Assembly: GCA_951406725.2 (NCBI GenBank) | Contig: OX597828.1 | Coordinates: forward strand, 60,760,001-60,824,000 | Direction: 5' to 3' | DNA from: Octopus vulgaris | Taxonomy: Eukaryota | Length of the DNA: 64,000 nucleotides | Part shown: piece after piece, positions 40,201 to 53,696 of the stretch | Position numbering within the stretch: position 1 is the stretch's first letter | Layout: each line of letters starts with the position of its first letter | Translations under genes and position numbers: made by a program | The notes under the pieces: model-generated | What the model saw: the letters and a program-made list of their open reading frames with translations, nothing else | What the model was told of the DNA's origin: nothing | Databases searched by the model: none

Positions 40201-40693
40201 AAAGATGGTATAGGCACACACCAGAAAGCAACCATACTCTGGGATATGCCGATACACACAGATAGAGAAATTAAGGCCAACAGACCAGATATAGTTGTCA
40301 GAGACCATGAAGAAAAAAAATGCTTTCTAATTGATGTATCAATGCCGGCAGATGACAACGTGGCTCTAAAAGAAATGGAGAAACTTTCAAAATACAAAGA
40401 CCTGGAAATAGGGGTAACCAGAATGTGGAATCTAAAAACAGAAACAATTCCTATCATAGTAGGTGCATTAGGCATGATAAAAAAATATTCAGACAAATAC
40501 ATAACAAAAACACCAGGACTTACAAACACATATAACATACAGAAAATTGCACTACTAGGCACTGCACACATCCTACGCAGAACGCTTTCCATACAATAAC
40601 CATCAGAGCATCACAACAAATCACAGCACACACCTAAGGCACACAGAGCTGCGCTCGGTAGTGAAGTGAAAGCACGCTATAAAAATAAAACTA

Positions 40694-40696
<3 letters not shown>
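37221..40696 (+). mobile_element. Near-complete defective R4/Dong-like non-LTR retrotransposon (RT, CCHC, RLE)
   Basis: ENYRPITCL, WIDYKKAFDS, RGIFQGDTLSPLLF, YMDDLKLY, CRICGDGQETINHIISGC, HRHD and RPDIVV..IDVS. Several stops and frameshifts. Flanked by (TAA)n at 37146-37220 and 40697-40786. Confidence 0.95.
39691..39774 (+). repeat. (GAA)28 in frame within the R4-like ORF
   Basis: Direct count. The reading frame is continuous with ORF 39805. Confidence 0.9.
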
Positions 40697-40780
<84 letters not shown>

Positions 40781-40937
40781 TAATAAAGAAAGCACTCTCC
40801 ATCTAAAATGGAACAAATGTGGTAATAATTTTAGTATGCATAGCAAAATAAAAGTTCCCTTACTACTCTTGGCCTCCGGAGGATACCCGTTACTTAAGCA
40901 GCTGAAAGAAAGTTATAATGAAAGGAAACCATAAATT

Positions 40938-41002
<65 letters not shown>

Positions 41003-41277
41003 GCTTTCATTTATTTGCCACATGAGCGAAGGATGAGGGGGACAATACAAAGACATAAAGTGTGGGCTTTTACATATAATGTGAAAAAAAGGGGTTAAGA
41101 ATACACTCTATACACTGACAAAGAAGGGACATATACATAGTATATGAAGGTTTAATAATAATATTGAGTAAGCTCAGAAATATTTGGTTATCTGACTTCC
41201 AAATATCCTATCCTTCAGCAAAGCAGTTCCTCACCTTGCCCGCATACATACATACATACATACATACATACATACAT

Positions 41278-41318
<41 letters not shown>

Positions 41319-41321
41319 TGT

Positions 41322-41712
41322 GGAGGTGCAATAGCCCAGTGGATAGGGCAGCGGACTCGCGGTCGTGGGATCGCGGTTTCTGTTCCCAGACCGGGCGTTG
41401 TGAGTGTTTATTGAGCGAAAACGCCTAAAGTTCCACGAGGCTTCGGCAGGGGGGGGGGTGAACCCTGCTATACTCTTTCACCACAACTTTCACTCTTTCT
41501 TCCTGTTCCTGTTTTTGTTGTACCTGTGTTGTACCTGTATTTCAAAAGGCCAGCCTTGTCAAGCACTGTATCACGCCGATCTCCCTGAGAACTACGTTAA
41601 GAGTACACGTGTCTGTGGAGTTCTCAGCCACTTACACGTTAATTCTACAAGCAGGCTGTTCCGTTGATTGGATCAACTGGATCCCTCGTCGTCGTAGCCG
41701 ACGGTGTGCCAC
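41322..41712 (+). mobile_element. tRNA-derived SINE (third family)
   Basis: Head GGAGGTGCAATAGCCCAGTGGATAGGGCAGCGGACTCGCGGTCG..GGTTTC.GTTCC (A-box- and B-box-like) followed by a non-tRNA body. Lies between (TG)n and (TA)n. Confidence 0.75.
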
Positions 41713-41735
41713 GTCATATATATATATATCTTTTT

Positions 41736-41904
41736 TTACTCTTTTACTTGTTTCAGTCATTTGAAAATCGACTCCAGGACTTATTCTTTGTAAGCCTAGT
41801 ACTTATTCTATCGGGCTATTTTGCCGAACCGGTAAGTTACGGGAACGTAAGCACACCAGCATCGGTTGTCAAGCGATGTTGGGGGGACAAACACAGACAC
41901 ACAA

Positions 41905-41963
<59 letters not shown>

Positions 41964-42128
41964 CGACGGGATTCCTTCAGTTTCCGTCTACCAAATCCAC
42001 TCACAAGGCTTTGGTAGGCCCGAGGCTATAGTAGAAGACACTTGCCCAAGGTGCCATGCAGTGGGACTGAACCCAGAACCATGTGTTTGGTAAGCAAGCT
42101 ACTTACCACACAGCCACTCCTGCGCCTA
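41736..42128 (-). mobile_element. CORE-like tRNA-derived SINE, near full length
   Basis: Minus strand GGCGCAGGAGTGGCTGTGTGGTAAG (A-box-like), GGTTCAGTCCC (B-box-like) and ACCTTGGGCAAGT (CORE-like). Internal microsatellite. Confidence 0.8.
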
Positions 42129-42132
42129 TATA

Positions 42133-43416
42133 TTGGGTTGTCCGGAAAGTCCTTGCCGATTTATAGTAGCTTACCTTTTGACTTATTTTAGAACATGGTT
42201 GAGTCCATAAAATAGGATTTGACTACACCTCCATTTAGAGCACAGTTTAAGCTATCTTTTTGTGGAAGAAGCTTTATGTTCTTATAACCTCTGTTAATTC
42301 TGTAACCCTTTAAAATGGAAGATAAGACAGTTCATTTTCGGTACTTGATGATTTTTTTTTCCGTAAAGGGAAAAATGTCTCACAAGCAACGAAAGAAATA
42401 TGCGCAGTTTACGGTGATGTTTCTTTATCCGAAAGAACAGTACGAAAGTGGTTCGCAAGGTTCCGAGCAGGAGATTGTAGCCTTATTGATAAAGAGCAAT
42501 CAGGCAAATCATCCACTACGGATGATGACCAAATCAAGTCATTAATTGAGAACAACCCACATTGCTCAACCCGAGAATTGGCAGAAAGCCTCAGCCTGTC
42601 AAAATCTGTCGTTCATAAGCACCTGGTAAACCTTGGATACACAAATCGCTACGATGTTTGGGTACCACATGAGTTGAGTGAGAAGAACCTTTTGGATCAC
42701 ATTTCCATCTGTGATTCGCTTTATAAACGGAATTAAAACGCGCCTTTTTTAAAGCAAATTGTGACAGGTGATGAGAAATGGATTATCTACCGAAATGTTC
42801 AGAGAAAGCGATCCTGAGGAAAGCTACATGAGCCACCCTTAGCCACCCCAAAAGCGGGTCTTCACCCTAAAAAAGTCTTGCTTTGTGTCTTGTGGGATTG
42901 GAAAGGAATTCTGTACTATGAGCTTCTCCCAAGTAACCAGACAATTAATTCTGAGAAATAATGCACACAACTGGACAAGTTAAAAGCAGCAATTCAAGAG
43001 AAACATCCAGAATTGGCCAACAGGAATAGTGTTGTTTCCCAACATGATAATGCAAGACCGCACGTTTCTTTGGGAACCAGACAAAAATTGCTGCAGCTTG
43101 GCTGGGATGTGTTAACCCACCCTCCTTATTCACCAGATATTGCTCCTTCGGATTTCTACTTATTCACGTCTCTGCAGAATAGTCTTAATGGTAAAAATTT
43201 CAATTCCTTGGATGACGTAAAAAGATACCTTGATGAATTATTTGCCATGAAACCACTTCAATTCTGGGAAGAGGGTATTTTCAAGTTAAAGGAAAGATGG
43301 AGACACATTGTGCAACAAAATGGTTCATAAAATGGTTGATTAAAAATGTAATGGTAAGTATTTATTGACCTTTTTCTTTCCTTTAAAAATCGGTACGAAC
43401 TTTCCGGACAACCCAA
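42133..43416 (+). mobile_element. Full-length defective mariner (1284 bp)
   Basis: 30-bp TIRs TTGGGTTGTCCGGAAAGT..CCGATTT (3 mismatches) with TA on both sides. Transposase 42315-43330 has WVPHEL, TGDEKW, HDNARPH and YSPDIAPSDF, with stops and frameshifts. Confidence 0.95.
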
Positions 43417-43430
43417 TACACACACCCATA

Positions 43431-43496
<66 letters not shown>

Positions 43497-43497
<1 letters not shown>

Positions 43498-43700
43498 TAG
43501 CAGAGATACCCGGCATTGCCAGTATTACATGCAATTGAAGAATTAGACTTTTATGTTATATTTTCTGTAATGAACTGGAATATCTATGTTTCGAATTTCA
43601 TCAAAATTGCAGATGAGAGTTATTTCCCTCTTTACACATCCTAAAAAAATTGTAATCGTGCCACATTTATCCCATACTACTGATTTTTATGCACATATTC
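43497..43700 (-). mobile_element. Helitron-like 3' terminus
   Basis: Minus strand ATACTGGCAATGCCGGGTAT hairpin followed by CTAG-T. The extent of the element is uncertain. Confidence 0.45.
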
Positions 43701-44667
43701 CAACATTCCAGTCTTATTGAACCTGTTAAAAGGATTTTGCACCTGAAAAATGAAGGTTCTGGAGCTCTAAAATGTGAAAGTTAAGGCCCCTGTTGAGGGT
43801 GGGTGTCTTAATGTCAAGCAGAGAAGTTGAATTGTTGAGAATCTTTTTAACTTGGGTCTTATATCTATTGTTTGAATTCCTTTGAAATAGGAAATATATG
43901 TTTACTGGGTTTGTAAAAGAGACCAAAGCTACAGGAAACAAAAAGACGAATGATCACATTGCGTATGTGCGTGTATGTGTTTATATCTTCCATTGTATAT
44001 TGGCGAATTATATAAACACCGATGAAAGAATGGTTGCTCCTCTAAAAATCTTCATCATGTTACAGATACTCTGTTCACTAGAAATGCGGTAAACTTGTGG
44101 TTTTCACCTTTTACAAATCAAAATTATAAGTGTATAAATCTCGGCTAATAGCGACACACATTACAAGAAAAATGCGTCAACTAGAAGAATTTTGTTGAGT
44201 TTAACACAAAACAAAGCTACCAATACCAATATTTTGTACATATATTGAATGAAAGTAACGGGACTGTGCTAATATATGTGTGAATTTTTTTTTTTTAAAA
44301 GCAAATGGCTTGTCGAAATATATATCCAGATGTAGAGTTAAAATGTCCATGTCTTCTATGGTGTGTTAAAGAAATGGGAAATTTTTGGATTATTCATGTT
44401 GTATGATACGAAATTATTGTGACATTAAGAGGTACGAGACGTCGCAATCCGATCGAAAAGGAAAAAGAAAGCACGCAAACGCAAGCACCCATACTCACAT
44501 TCGCACGCACAAACTTATACACAAGGGAGATATACTACGTGTAACTTCAAAGAATATATTGGGTTTTGTACAAAAAGTTTATTTAAAATAATTCGAAGTA
44601 TATGTGGCAGTTTTAGTTTAAGACATGGTACACGCATTTTCAAGTAAATAGCTACCCAATCATCGGT

Positions 44668-44866
44668 TTAAAATTTTGGCACAAGGCCAGCGATTTCGGC
44701 AGTGGGGTAAGTTGATTATATCGATCCAGAAAGGACAAATTTATTATTCTAGCGATCCCGAAAGGATGAAATGCAAAACCGACTGCTGTACAATTTGAAC
44801 TCAGACGGATAAGCAACCACCAAGTATTTTGCCCGGAGTGCAAATGATTCTGCCAGCGGGCCGCCT
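44668..44866 (-). mobile_element. Decayed Nin-like SINE
   Basis: Homology to 26880-27110. Confidence 0.6.
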
Positions 44867-45250
44867 TGGATAATCACGTACTTATTAACAACTTTTGTTA
44901 TGTTTTTTGGGCTCAAGAAATTAAACTTCTTAACTGGGTTGTGAACACATTCTTGAATACATATTACCACAAAATTGTTAAAAGTTTTACAGCAGAAGAA
45001 ATTTTCTCTGGCGAGATTTCGACCGTGATGGAGAAATTATTATCATAGTAATGCCACTAACGTTTGACACACTTTCCTTTTAAACGAGCATTTTTTGTAA
45101 CTTGTACCTCAATGAACTTAACGCGTTATTTTTATATGCATTAAACTTATTAAGTTTGTTTATTTTAATTGTTGTTGTCGTGATGACTAGTCCGAAACAG
45201 AACTGTTTGCTTTGTCTTTATCATGATGCTGTTTTTGATTCTCCTTTCAG

Positions 45251-45525
45251 GAAGCAAAGAAACAGCTTTCATTTATGCTATTTTGAGCGCTGGCGTTGTA
45301 CACGCCGTGACCCAGTCCTGTAGTGCAGGCAATTTAACTGACTGTAGTTGTGACATGAACCGATATGGCGAAAAGGATGGTGAGGGCTGGGAATGGGGAG
45401 GATGCAGCGACAATATTCATTATGGCACCTGGTTCTGTAAGATGTTTGTGGATGCGCCCGATGCAAATTCCAAGCGTGACACACGTAACCTCATGAATAT
45501 TCACAATAATGAAGTCGGCAGAAGG
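45251..45525 (+). CDS. Wnt16: Wnt family ligand (Wnt16-like), next internal coding exon
   Basis: (G)SKETAFIYAILSAGVVHAVTQSCSAGNLTDCSCD..GWEWGGCSDNIHYG..F..FVD..RNLMNIHNNEVGRR. KETAFIYA, SCSAGN and EGWxWGGCSD are Wnt16-like. Acceptor ctcctttcag ends at 45250 and donor GTAAGT starts at 45526. The split codon G|GA joins in frame with the previous exon. Subfamily assigned from recalled motifs, not from a phylogeny. Confidence 0.9.
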
Positions 45526-46104
45526 GTAAGTAAAGCAATCAAGAGTTTGCATGTTCGTAAATGTTGATCTTGCTCGATTCCCTCACGCTCTTTTGAGGAT
45601 TTGCTTACTCTTCATCTCACCAGTTATTTATTTCAGTTTGTCAGAGTATTGGGTGTCAGATTCCGAAAGACAGAGAAAGACAAAAGATATGTATATAAAT
45701 CGATGTGTGTGTGTGTGTGTGTGTATTGTGTGCGCTCGCGCGCTCACAAGGTCAGAGAATAAAAGAAAAAAGTATATCATAGATAAAGAGGCAAACACAC
45801 ATAAATAGTTATTTACATATATCTATAAATATATTTGTATATATATTTATATATGTGTTTATATATACATGCATATAAATTATGGGAATTGGCAATATCT
45901 AACAATGATCCGTGACTTCATTCCAGACAGGGAATCTGCGGACTAGGACTTGGGAAATGTGTGCTGCTGGGCATTTGATTCTATTTGTGCGTAAATGCAT
46001 ATTATATACTTACATTCATGTTTATACATACTTGCGGACATATCTATATGTTTGTCTGTCAGTTTTCTATCAGTCTGTAGGTGGATTTGTGTGTCTGTTT
46101 ATGA

Positions 46105-46142
<38 letters not shown>

Positions 46143-46143
<1 letters not shown>

Positions 46144-47940
46144 GGCTGTACCCTCGTTATCGAGTATGGCCATTGCACGAAGCTTAACAGTTACTGGTGC
46201 TGTGATCGAATGTGACTTTTTAGCCCAGCTAAAGATCTACAATGTCTTGTACAGAATTGGCAACTAAAACCTTTACCGGTAATAGCCGGCTGTAGTTGTA
46301 ACTGGGCTTCATGTACCTTTGCATGTTTAAGTCCTCCTGCCGAATTACACTCTCTTCCACATGCCCGACAGATATGATTAGTATGGTGTGTTACACAACC
46401 ACCAGTGGCCAGGTTGTCACTCATCTATCTCGCTTTATGACTACGAAGATGACTCTTGAGTCCAGCTTTACTGAGGCAGGGTCTTGCACAGACATTGCAT
46501 GTCAGCATCAAAGGAAGACCCTTCCCATCTGGAAGTGTAACAGCGATGCCCTTCCTGACATCCCTCCTTACTTTCTCATGTGCAACTCGCGATTTCTCAA
46601 AAGTGGCTGTCCCCTCGTGCACAATCCTTCTCCACCAGCTACGATCAATAGCTATGCCTTCCCATGTGTCAGGAGAGATGCAAGCATCTCTTAAGGAAGC
46701 CTTCATCAATCCTTATACCTCTTTTTTGGTTTATGTGGAGGTCGTTCTCCTTTAGCTAACTCTCCATAAAAGAGTTGTTTTGGCATCCTTGAATCCTTCA
46801 TCCTGACCAGATGACCACTCCATCTGAGCCTTTGCTTTAACACAAGAGCTTCTATACTTTCACACCGAAAGCCTTCCAATATTTCAAGATCACTGATGTG
46901 GTCCTTCAACTTAATGCCATAGATCCGTCTGAGGCATATCTGATGGAAATGTTCCAGTTGTTTAAGGTGGTATCGATATGTGACCCACGTCTTGCAGGCA
47001 TAGAGAAGAGAAGGGAGCACACATGCCTTGTACACCTTTATCTTTGTCTTTCTGCATATGTCTCGCAGACTCCAGAGGCGCTTTTCTAGCCTTCCGAAAG
47101 CAAGACTTGCTTTCCTAATTCTATATGGAATTTCATCATCCACATTGCCATATCTATTAATAGTGCTTCCCAGGTAGACAAACTGATCAACTACATCAAG
47201 TCGTTTTCCATACACATAGATATTTGGTACACTATACTGCTTACCAGGCGCAGGTTGGTGCATGACAACAGTTTTCTTGAGATTGACTGTCAATCCTAAG
47301 GCAGTGCAAGCATCAGAGAATGCATTCAAAATGTGTTGCATATCAATCTCTGTGTGTGCTACTAGCTCACAATCATCTGCATACAAAAGGTCTCTTATGA
47401 TAGAGGTAAATACCTTTGTTTTTGCAGCAAGGCGCCTGATATTAAATATGCTGCCAGAGGCAAACACACATAAATAGTTATTTATAAATGGACGTAAATA
47501 AATAGTTATTTACAAATGGTCAGGATAAATGGACGTAAACACCGTATCTGCAGTTTCTGAATGCATCGCAAAATATATAGAAAATAGGGTCGGTGCCAGA
47601 ATATCTCCCTGTTTCACTCCATTTTGTATTGAAATGGGCTCCGACATTTTCCCTCTAACATTCACCCTACCATTCATGTCTTCATGAAAAGACCTAACCA
47701 AAGCAAGGAACTTTTCAGGACACCCAAGTTTCTGAAGGACTTTCCACAATGCTTTTCTATTGACGGTATCAAAGGCTTTTGTCAGATCGACAAAAGCCTG
47801 ATACAAATCCAGACCCTGTTCCACACACTTCTCCTGAAGCTGTCTAGCTGAAAAGATCATATCAGCAGTGCGACGTCCCACACGAAAGCCAGATTGACTT
47901 TCCGGAAGAACACAATCTGCAATTTATTTCAACAGACGGT
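46143..47940 (-). mobile_element. 5'-truncated RTE-clade non-LTR retrotransposon
   Basis: DLTKAFDTV, GVKQGDILAPTLF, LLYADD and RLRWSGHLVRM..RMPKQLFYGEL. Three C2H2-like fingers at the C-terminus. Short 3' UTR ending in (TA)n. Confidence 0.92.
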
Positions 47941-48068
47941 CCAGAAGTATCGTAAAGAATATGCATGAGATATACACATATATATACATAGTAAAAAGGT
48001 AATAAAATAAGTTATTATTACCGGCAATGGTCTTAAAATGTCTAACATATATATACATATATATATAC

Positions 48069-48122
<54 letters not shown>

Positions 48123-48326
48123 TCATAAACACACAGGCACATATGTGTGCTTACTCAGATAATTTTGAAATTATGAGAGTGGCTGATGATTTCGAAATTC
48201 GAAAGCAAGATGACAAATCAAAGTATCTCTCAATATACAAGTATTTCCACTCTGCTAAATGGAGTTAAGTACCTTATCTTAAAGTGAGATTTTCTAATTA
48301 TTTGAATGGCTATTTTGCTAGATACA

Positions 48327-48416
<90 letters not shown>

Positions 48417-48431
48417 CACGCACACACACAC

Positions 48432-51035
48432 AGGGAAAAACTCCGACATCAGGAGAGAATAACCGAGAGAAGAACAATAAACAAAAAATGTAACCGCAAC
48501 CAGGCAGCAGTACACAGAGACATGAGAGGAGGAGCAGTAAACATCACGGAAGCTCCTTCACGAGAAGACATAGACTCCTTCTGGTGGAAAATCTGAAGGG
48601 AAGAGAAGGAATTTGACTCTGTGGCTGGAAGAAATCCGAAAAAGTTATTGCTCCTGCGTTACATCCAAGACAGAACATTGATGGTGAAACTCTTACAGCT
48701 GTGATCCAGCAACCCCAAGATAGAAAAGCACCTGGAAGAGACTTGATTGTTGGATATTGGTACAAGAAACTGACATTCAACCGACCTGATCTTATCAATC
48801 TGTACCAGCAAGCTTTCATTGGGAACAGTAGCATACTACACTGGTTAGCTCTGACAGAGACAAAATTGATCCCAAAATGCAGAACCACCCATAGGGCAAA
48901 ATCTACCGGCCAATTGCATGCCAGAACTTAATGTATAAGATATATACAGCATGTTTAAACCTCTTCCTCTAAGACCATTGTGAAACCAATAATATCATCA
49001 CAGTAGGACAAGCAGCTGAGAAGACGGGAGTCTGGGGATATGCCGAGAAATTGTTAATCAACAAAACTGTGATGTCAGAGGTGCGAGAGCATAGGAGGGA
49101 CCTAGTTTCAATGTGGCTAGACTACAAGAAAGCCTTTGACTCCGTTCCTGGATGCTTGAAGCCCTTCAGCTTGCTAAAGTTCCAGTGGGAATAGTCGAAG
49201 CCATAGCTGACCTGACTTCATCGTGGGCCACCGTCTTGAAATTAAACACAGAGAGTGACTGTATTATCACCGATAGAATACAGTATCGCAAAGGCATATT
49301 CCAAGGAGACAGCCTCTCTGGGATGTTGTTTATACTTTCTGTAAACTCCTTGTCATTAATGTTAAGGAAGTCTGAAGGATATCTCACCGGTTCACAAGGA
49401 AATCGAAATACCATAATTACACACTGTTTCTTTGTGGATGATTTAAAAAACGTAAAGAATATGCATGAGATGAAAAAGAGCCTTGACCTAGTTACAACAT
49501 TCTCAAAAGATTTAGGGTTGGATTTTGGTCAGGATAAATGTTGTTATATGGTCGTAAAAAGGGAGGCGACTATAAACCAGACTAGAAACATCTTCATCAA
49601 TGATTTAACTGTTTGCCCTGTATCTGACTAGGAATGTTACAGGTATCTAGGGGTGGATGAAGATATATCTTACAATGGCACCTGTAACAAAACACGTTTC
49701 ACCAAAGAATATTACAGCCGAATAAAGAAAATTTGGATATCAGAACTTGCTGCATTCAATAAAACAGTGGCCCACAATGTGCTTGCAGTCATACCAACAT
49801 TTGGACTACTCGATTGGGCGCTTGATGAAACCCGAGCCATTGAGGTAAAAACTCGAAAAATACTAACAAGCACACATAATTTCCACATAAACAGTGATGT
49901 AGACGGCCTCTACCTAAAACGAAAACAAAGCGGAAGAAGCTTAACATCGATCCAAACTGCTTTTGAATGTCGTATCATATCCCTTCGGCAACATGTTTTA
50001 ACCACCAAGTGTCGAAGTGCATCCCTTGACCAAGTTTGCATACATGAGGCTGATAACATCATAAGATTTGGAAGGCAGCTCCTTGAGTAATACTCTTTGT
50101 CTGACAACCTGGAATACGTGCCCAAAGAAGTCGCATAGATTTGGAAGTATGAGCCTATAAGAGCAGAAGACTATGCGTGGATATGTTAGTAGAAAGCTCC
50201 GTGATGATAGTGACATCGATTATCAAAGAAGTTTATCCTGGACCAATAACCGGATTGCTATCTCCCACTTTGAAGGGAATGCGTGTGCAATCGAGGAACA
50301 GGAAATATCAACCAAGTATCTGATGCACAAAAGGGATAGAGATGCAGGAAAAGCAGTAAAATGTGACAACCGATGCAGACTTTGTGGAGTTCACACTGAA
50401 GATATCACCCACATCACAAGCAGTTGTCCGAAAATGTCATTCACGGTATTATCTACCGATAAGACATGACGTAGCTAGGACACTCTATAATGAAATCCGT
50501 CGGAAAGATAATTCCGAGGACAAAGAAATAAGAACCCACAATATGGTAGAGCCATAGCCACTCATAATAAGAAGGAATACTGGCGGAATGTACCAGTGAA
50601 GACCTCAATAGAATATAAGTACACCAGATCTGATAATATGATTTAGGATAGAGAAGAGAAACTGTGCACAGTTGTTGAAATTAGCTGTCCAGCGGATGTT
50701 AACATAAAGCTGAAGATCAGTGAAAAAGAGAACACCTATGCTGAACTATTGAGAAATCTGCAGTTACTCTATCCAAATTACACGTTCAGGTTTATATCTG
50801 TAATTATTGGGGCCCTGGGATATGTAACACACTGCCCAAAATACAAATCTTGAGAAATTAGGCTTCTCAAAACCAGAAAGGAGAAAGCTAATTCGAAGAC
50901 TACAGATCCAATCCATCACTAGAACTGTAAAAATATGTAAAGCTTACCAGAAGTTTATCATTTAAATATATGTTATCATGTCTAGATATGCAACTATATG
51001 CATGAAGATACGTACATAAAACATACAAATCAGCA
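48432..51035 (+). mobile_element. Defective RLE non-LTR retrotransposon between (CA)n and (CATA)n
   Basis: WLDYKKAFDSV, KGIFQGDSLS, FFVDDLK, CRLCGVHTEDITHITSSC, RHD and VEISCPAD. Many stops. Confidence 0.9.
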
Positions 51036-51100
51036 CATACATACATACATACATACATACATACATACATACATACATACATACATACATACATACATAC

Positions 51101-51553
51101 ATGGTGGCTGCCCCCTCGTTATCGAGTATGGCCATTGCACGAAGCTTAATCAATGTTGTTATTGTGCAATGCCTGTGCAAGAAGATTTTTTTTAAAGTGA
51201 GGAAAGGCTGTGCACCGAGTCAATCCCACTCACTAAGCAACAGCAACCATAATCCGAAAAGAAGGACAAGTCAACATCATCGGTAACCACTGAGCCGCAG
51301 GTTTTAATCGCGCGATCGGGTATTCAGTCCGATTATTTCTGTCACCGCGCATGATACAGCCTTAAGACATTTATTGGATGACCGTTGACTCTCAAGAGTT
51401 CCTCTGCCCTTTGACAGGTTTTGTTTTTCATCCCGCAGGGTGTCCAATGAACACCCTCCTCACCTAGCAAGCTTGGTGGGGTTGCCGGTTTAGTCACCGA
51501 CGACCCGACCATGCAACAGGTTGTACTGGGTTACATGTTACCAGTAACATTCA
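51101..51553 (-). mobile_element. Non-autonomous RTE-tail element (~450 bp) inserted in (CATA)n
   Basis: 3' end TAAGCTTCGTGCAATGGCCATACTCGATAACGAGGG is shared with the RTE at 46143-46187 and a stub at 21449-21510. No ORF. Confidence 0.75.
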
Positions 51554-52339
51554 TACATACATACATACATACATACATACATACATACATACATACATAC
51601 ATACATACATACAAACAAAAATACCCTGTTGTTGATCTTGAAATTCCATTGAAGGAACCTTGGATCTAGGTTAGAGACCGCTTCTTTCTTTATTGGCAAG
51701 AAATCTTGAAATAAACTGAATAATGACATACATACATACATGCATACATACATACATACTTACATACAAATTACCTGGTGAACAAAAGAGACAGTGACGC
51801 TCTTGTAATCCCAAGGTGCAACCGCATGTGTAGGTTGTATCATGTTTCTGTGGAAGACATCACGTATGTGATTAGCAGCTACTTCGACAGCTCCAGCTTC
51901 TATATCTAGACTATGAATTCATATTCATATCAATAATGATTGGAGCACTAGGTTATATCAGTAAATGCTTAAAAGAGAATTTAGATAAAATGAGATTTTG
52001 AGAAAGAGAAATCGACCGGCTTATTCGTAAATTACAAGTGCAAGCTGAGTGAAACAGTAAAAGTATGCAAGACTTTTCTCAAGTTCCAAATGTGAATTTG
52101 TCTGTGTTAACTACACCCCAAAGATGGAGCCTTGTATCTTTCTCAGAAACCGGCTTCGTCCTCAGTGGAAAATTTATAATAATTAAAAAATAGAAGAGAC
52201 ATACATACACACACACACACATACATACATACATACATACATACATACATACATACATACATACATACATACATACATACATACATACATACATACATAC
52301 ATACGTACGTACGTACGAACATATATACATACATATATA

Positions 52340-53619
52340 TTAGGTCGTCATGTAGGAAATTTGTAGAAAAGAGAAAAGTTTGCTAATGTTTTATAAATAC
52401 AAGTAATAGTTTTATTCATCAAAGTATGCACCCATATTGCCAATACACTTTTGCAATTTCAGCGCTAGCTTGTCCAGCCCGACACTGTAAAAGCCTGGCA
52501 ATCTAGAGTCAATAAAATCGTGGAAGGCCTGTTTTACAGCATCATCGGAATTAAAAAATTTTTCCTATCAAAAGTTATCCAAATTCTGGAAGAACTGGTG
52601 GTCAGTGGGGACAAGATCATGTGAGTATGGTGGATGATGGAGAACTTCCAACTTCAACTCCTGTAGTTTCGCCAATGTCATTTTTGTGATGTGTGGTCTG
52701 GTGTTGCCTTGCAATAAAATAGGAGTGGATCTGTTGACTAATCTAAGCTGTTTTTTTGATAAGTTTCTGCATCATTTGGTCCAGTTGGCTGCAGTATACT
52801 TCGGCCGTGATTGATGAGTCAGGTTTAATGAAATCATAATGGATTACACCTGCGCTAGACCACCAAACGCACACCATCAGCTTGTTTTGATGAATTTTGC
52901 TTTTTGGACTGATTTGGTGGCTCGTCTTTGTCCAACCATTGTGCTGAACGTTTAGGGTTGTTGTATTAGATCCATTTCTCCACACGTTACAATTCGATTC
53001 AAAAATTACTAATTTCTGTGTCGAGAAAGTAGCATAATGCAGACTTTCAAATGTTGCTGTTTCTGATTTTCATTGAGTTCATGTGGAACCCACCTATCCA
53101 ACTTTTTCCCTTTACCGATTTGAACTAGGTGAATCAATATTGTTTGCTTGCTAACACCAAACAACTGCCATAACTCACGAGCACTTTGAAATGGATCTGA
53201 CTCGACCGTGGCTTTCAGTTCGTCTTTATCCGCCTTTGTTTCTAGTCGACCACGTTACTCATTTGTAAGGTCAAAGTTACTACAGCGAAATTTTGCAAAC
53301 CAATTTGATACTGTCTGCTGTGTAATAACATTAGAATGAAATACTCCATTAATATCCGAGCTGTCTGTGATGCTGTATTTCCATGAAAGAACTCATATTT
53401 CAAAACTGTACAAATTTCCGAATTATCCATCTCTAAACAAAAATAGCAGAAGCGATTTATAAATACTTTATAAAGCGCTAAATGAGTTAGAATAAAGAAA
53501 TAGATATGTCAGCTTTCTAACAAAAAATAAAGATTGTCAAAATATAATAATGGCGCAAAATGAGCAGCTGTCAAAGTTTACCATATACCTTACTACAAAT
53601 TTCATATTTGACGACCTAA
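52340..53619 (-). mobile_element. Full-length defective mariner (1280 bp)
   Basis: 27-bp TIRs TTAGGTCGTCA..A.GAAATTTGTAG (3 mismatches) with TA on both sides. Transposase from 53430 (MDNSEICTVLKYEF) with WVPHEL, KLMVCVWW and HPPYSHDL. Disrupted. Confidence 0.93.
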
Positions 53620-53649
53620 TACACACATACAGATAGATACAAATATACT

Positions 53650-53696
<47 letters not shown>

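Noticed and set aside
41322-41395. tRNA-like sequence
   Set aside because: Degenerate B box, no acceptor-stem closure, and continuous with a SINE body, so not a tRNA gene.
48183-48215. CTGATGA..GAAA
   Set aside because: No convincing stems II, III or I. Likely a chance match.
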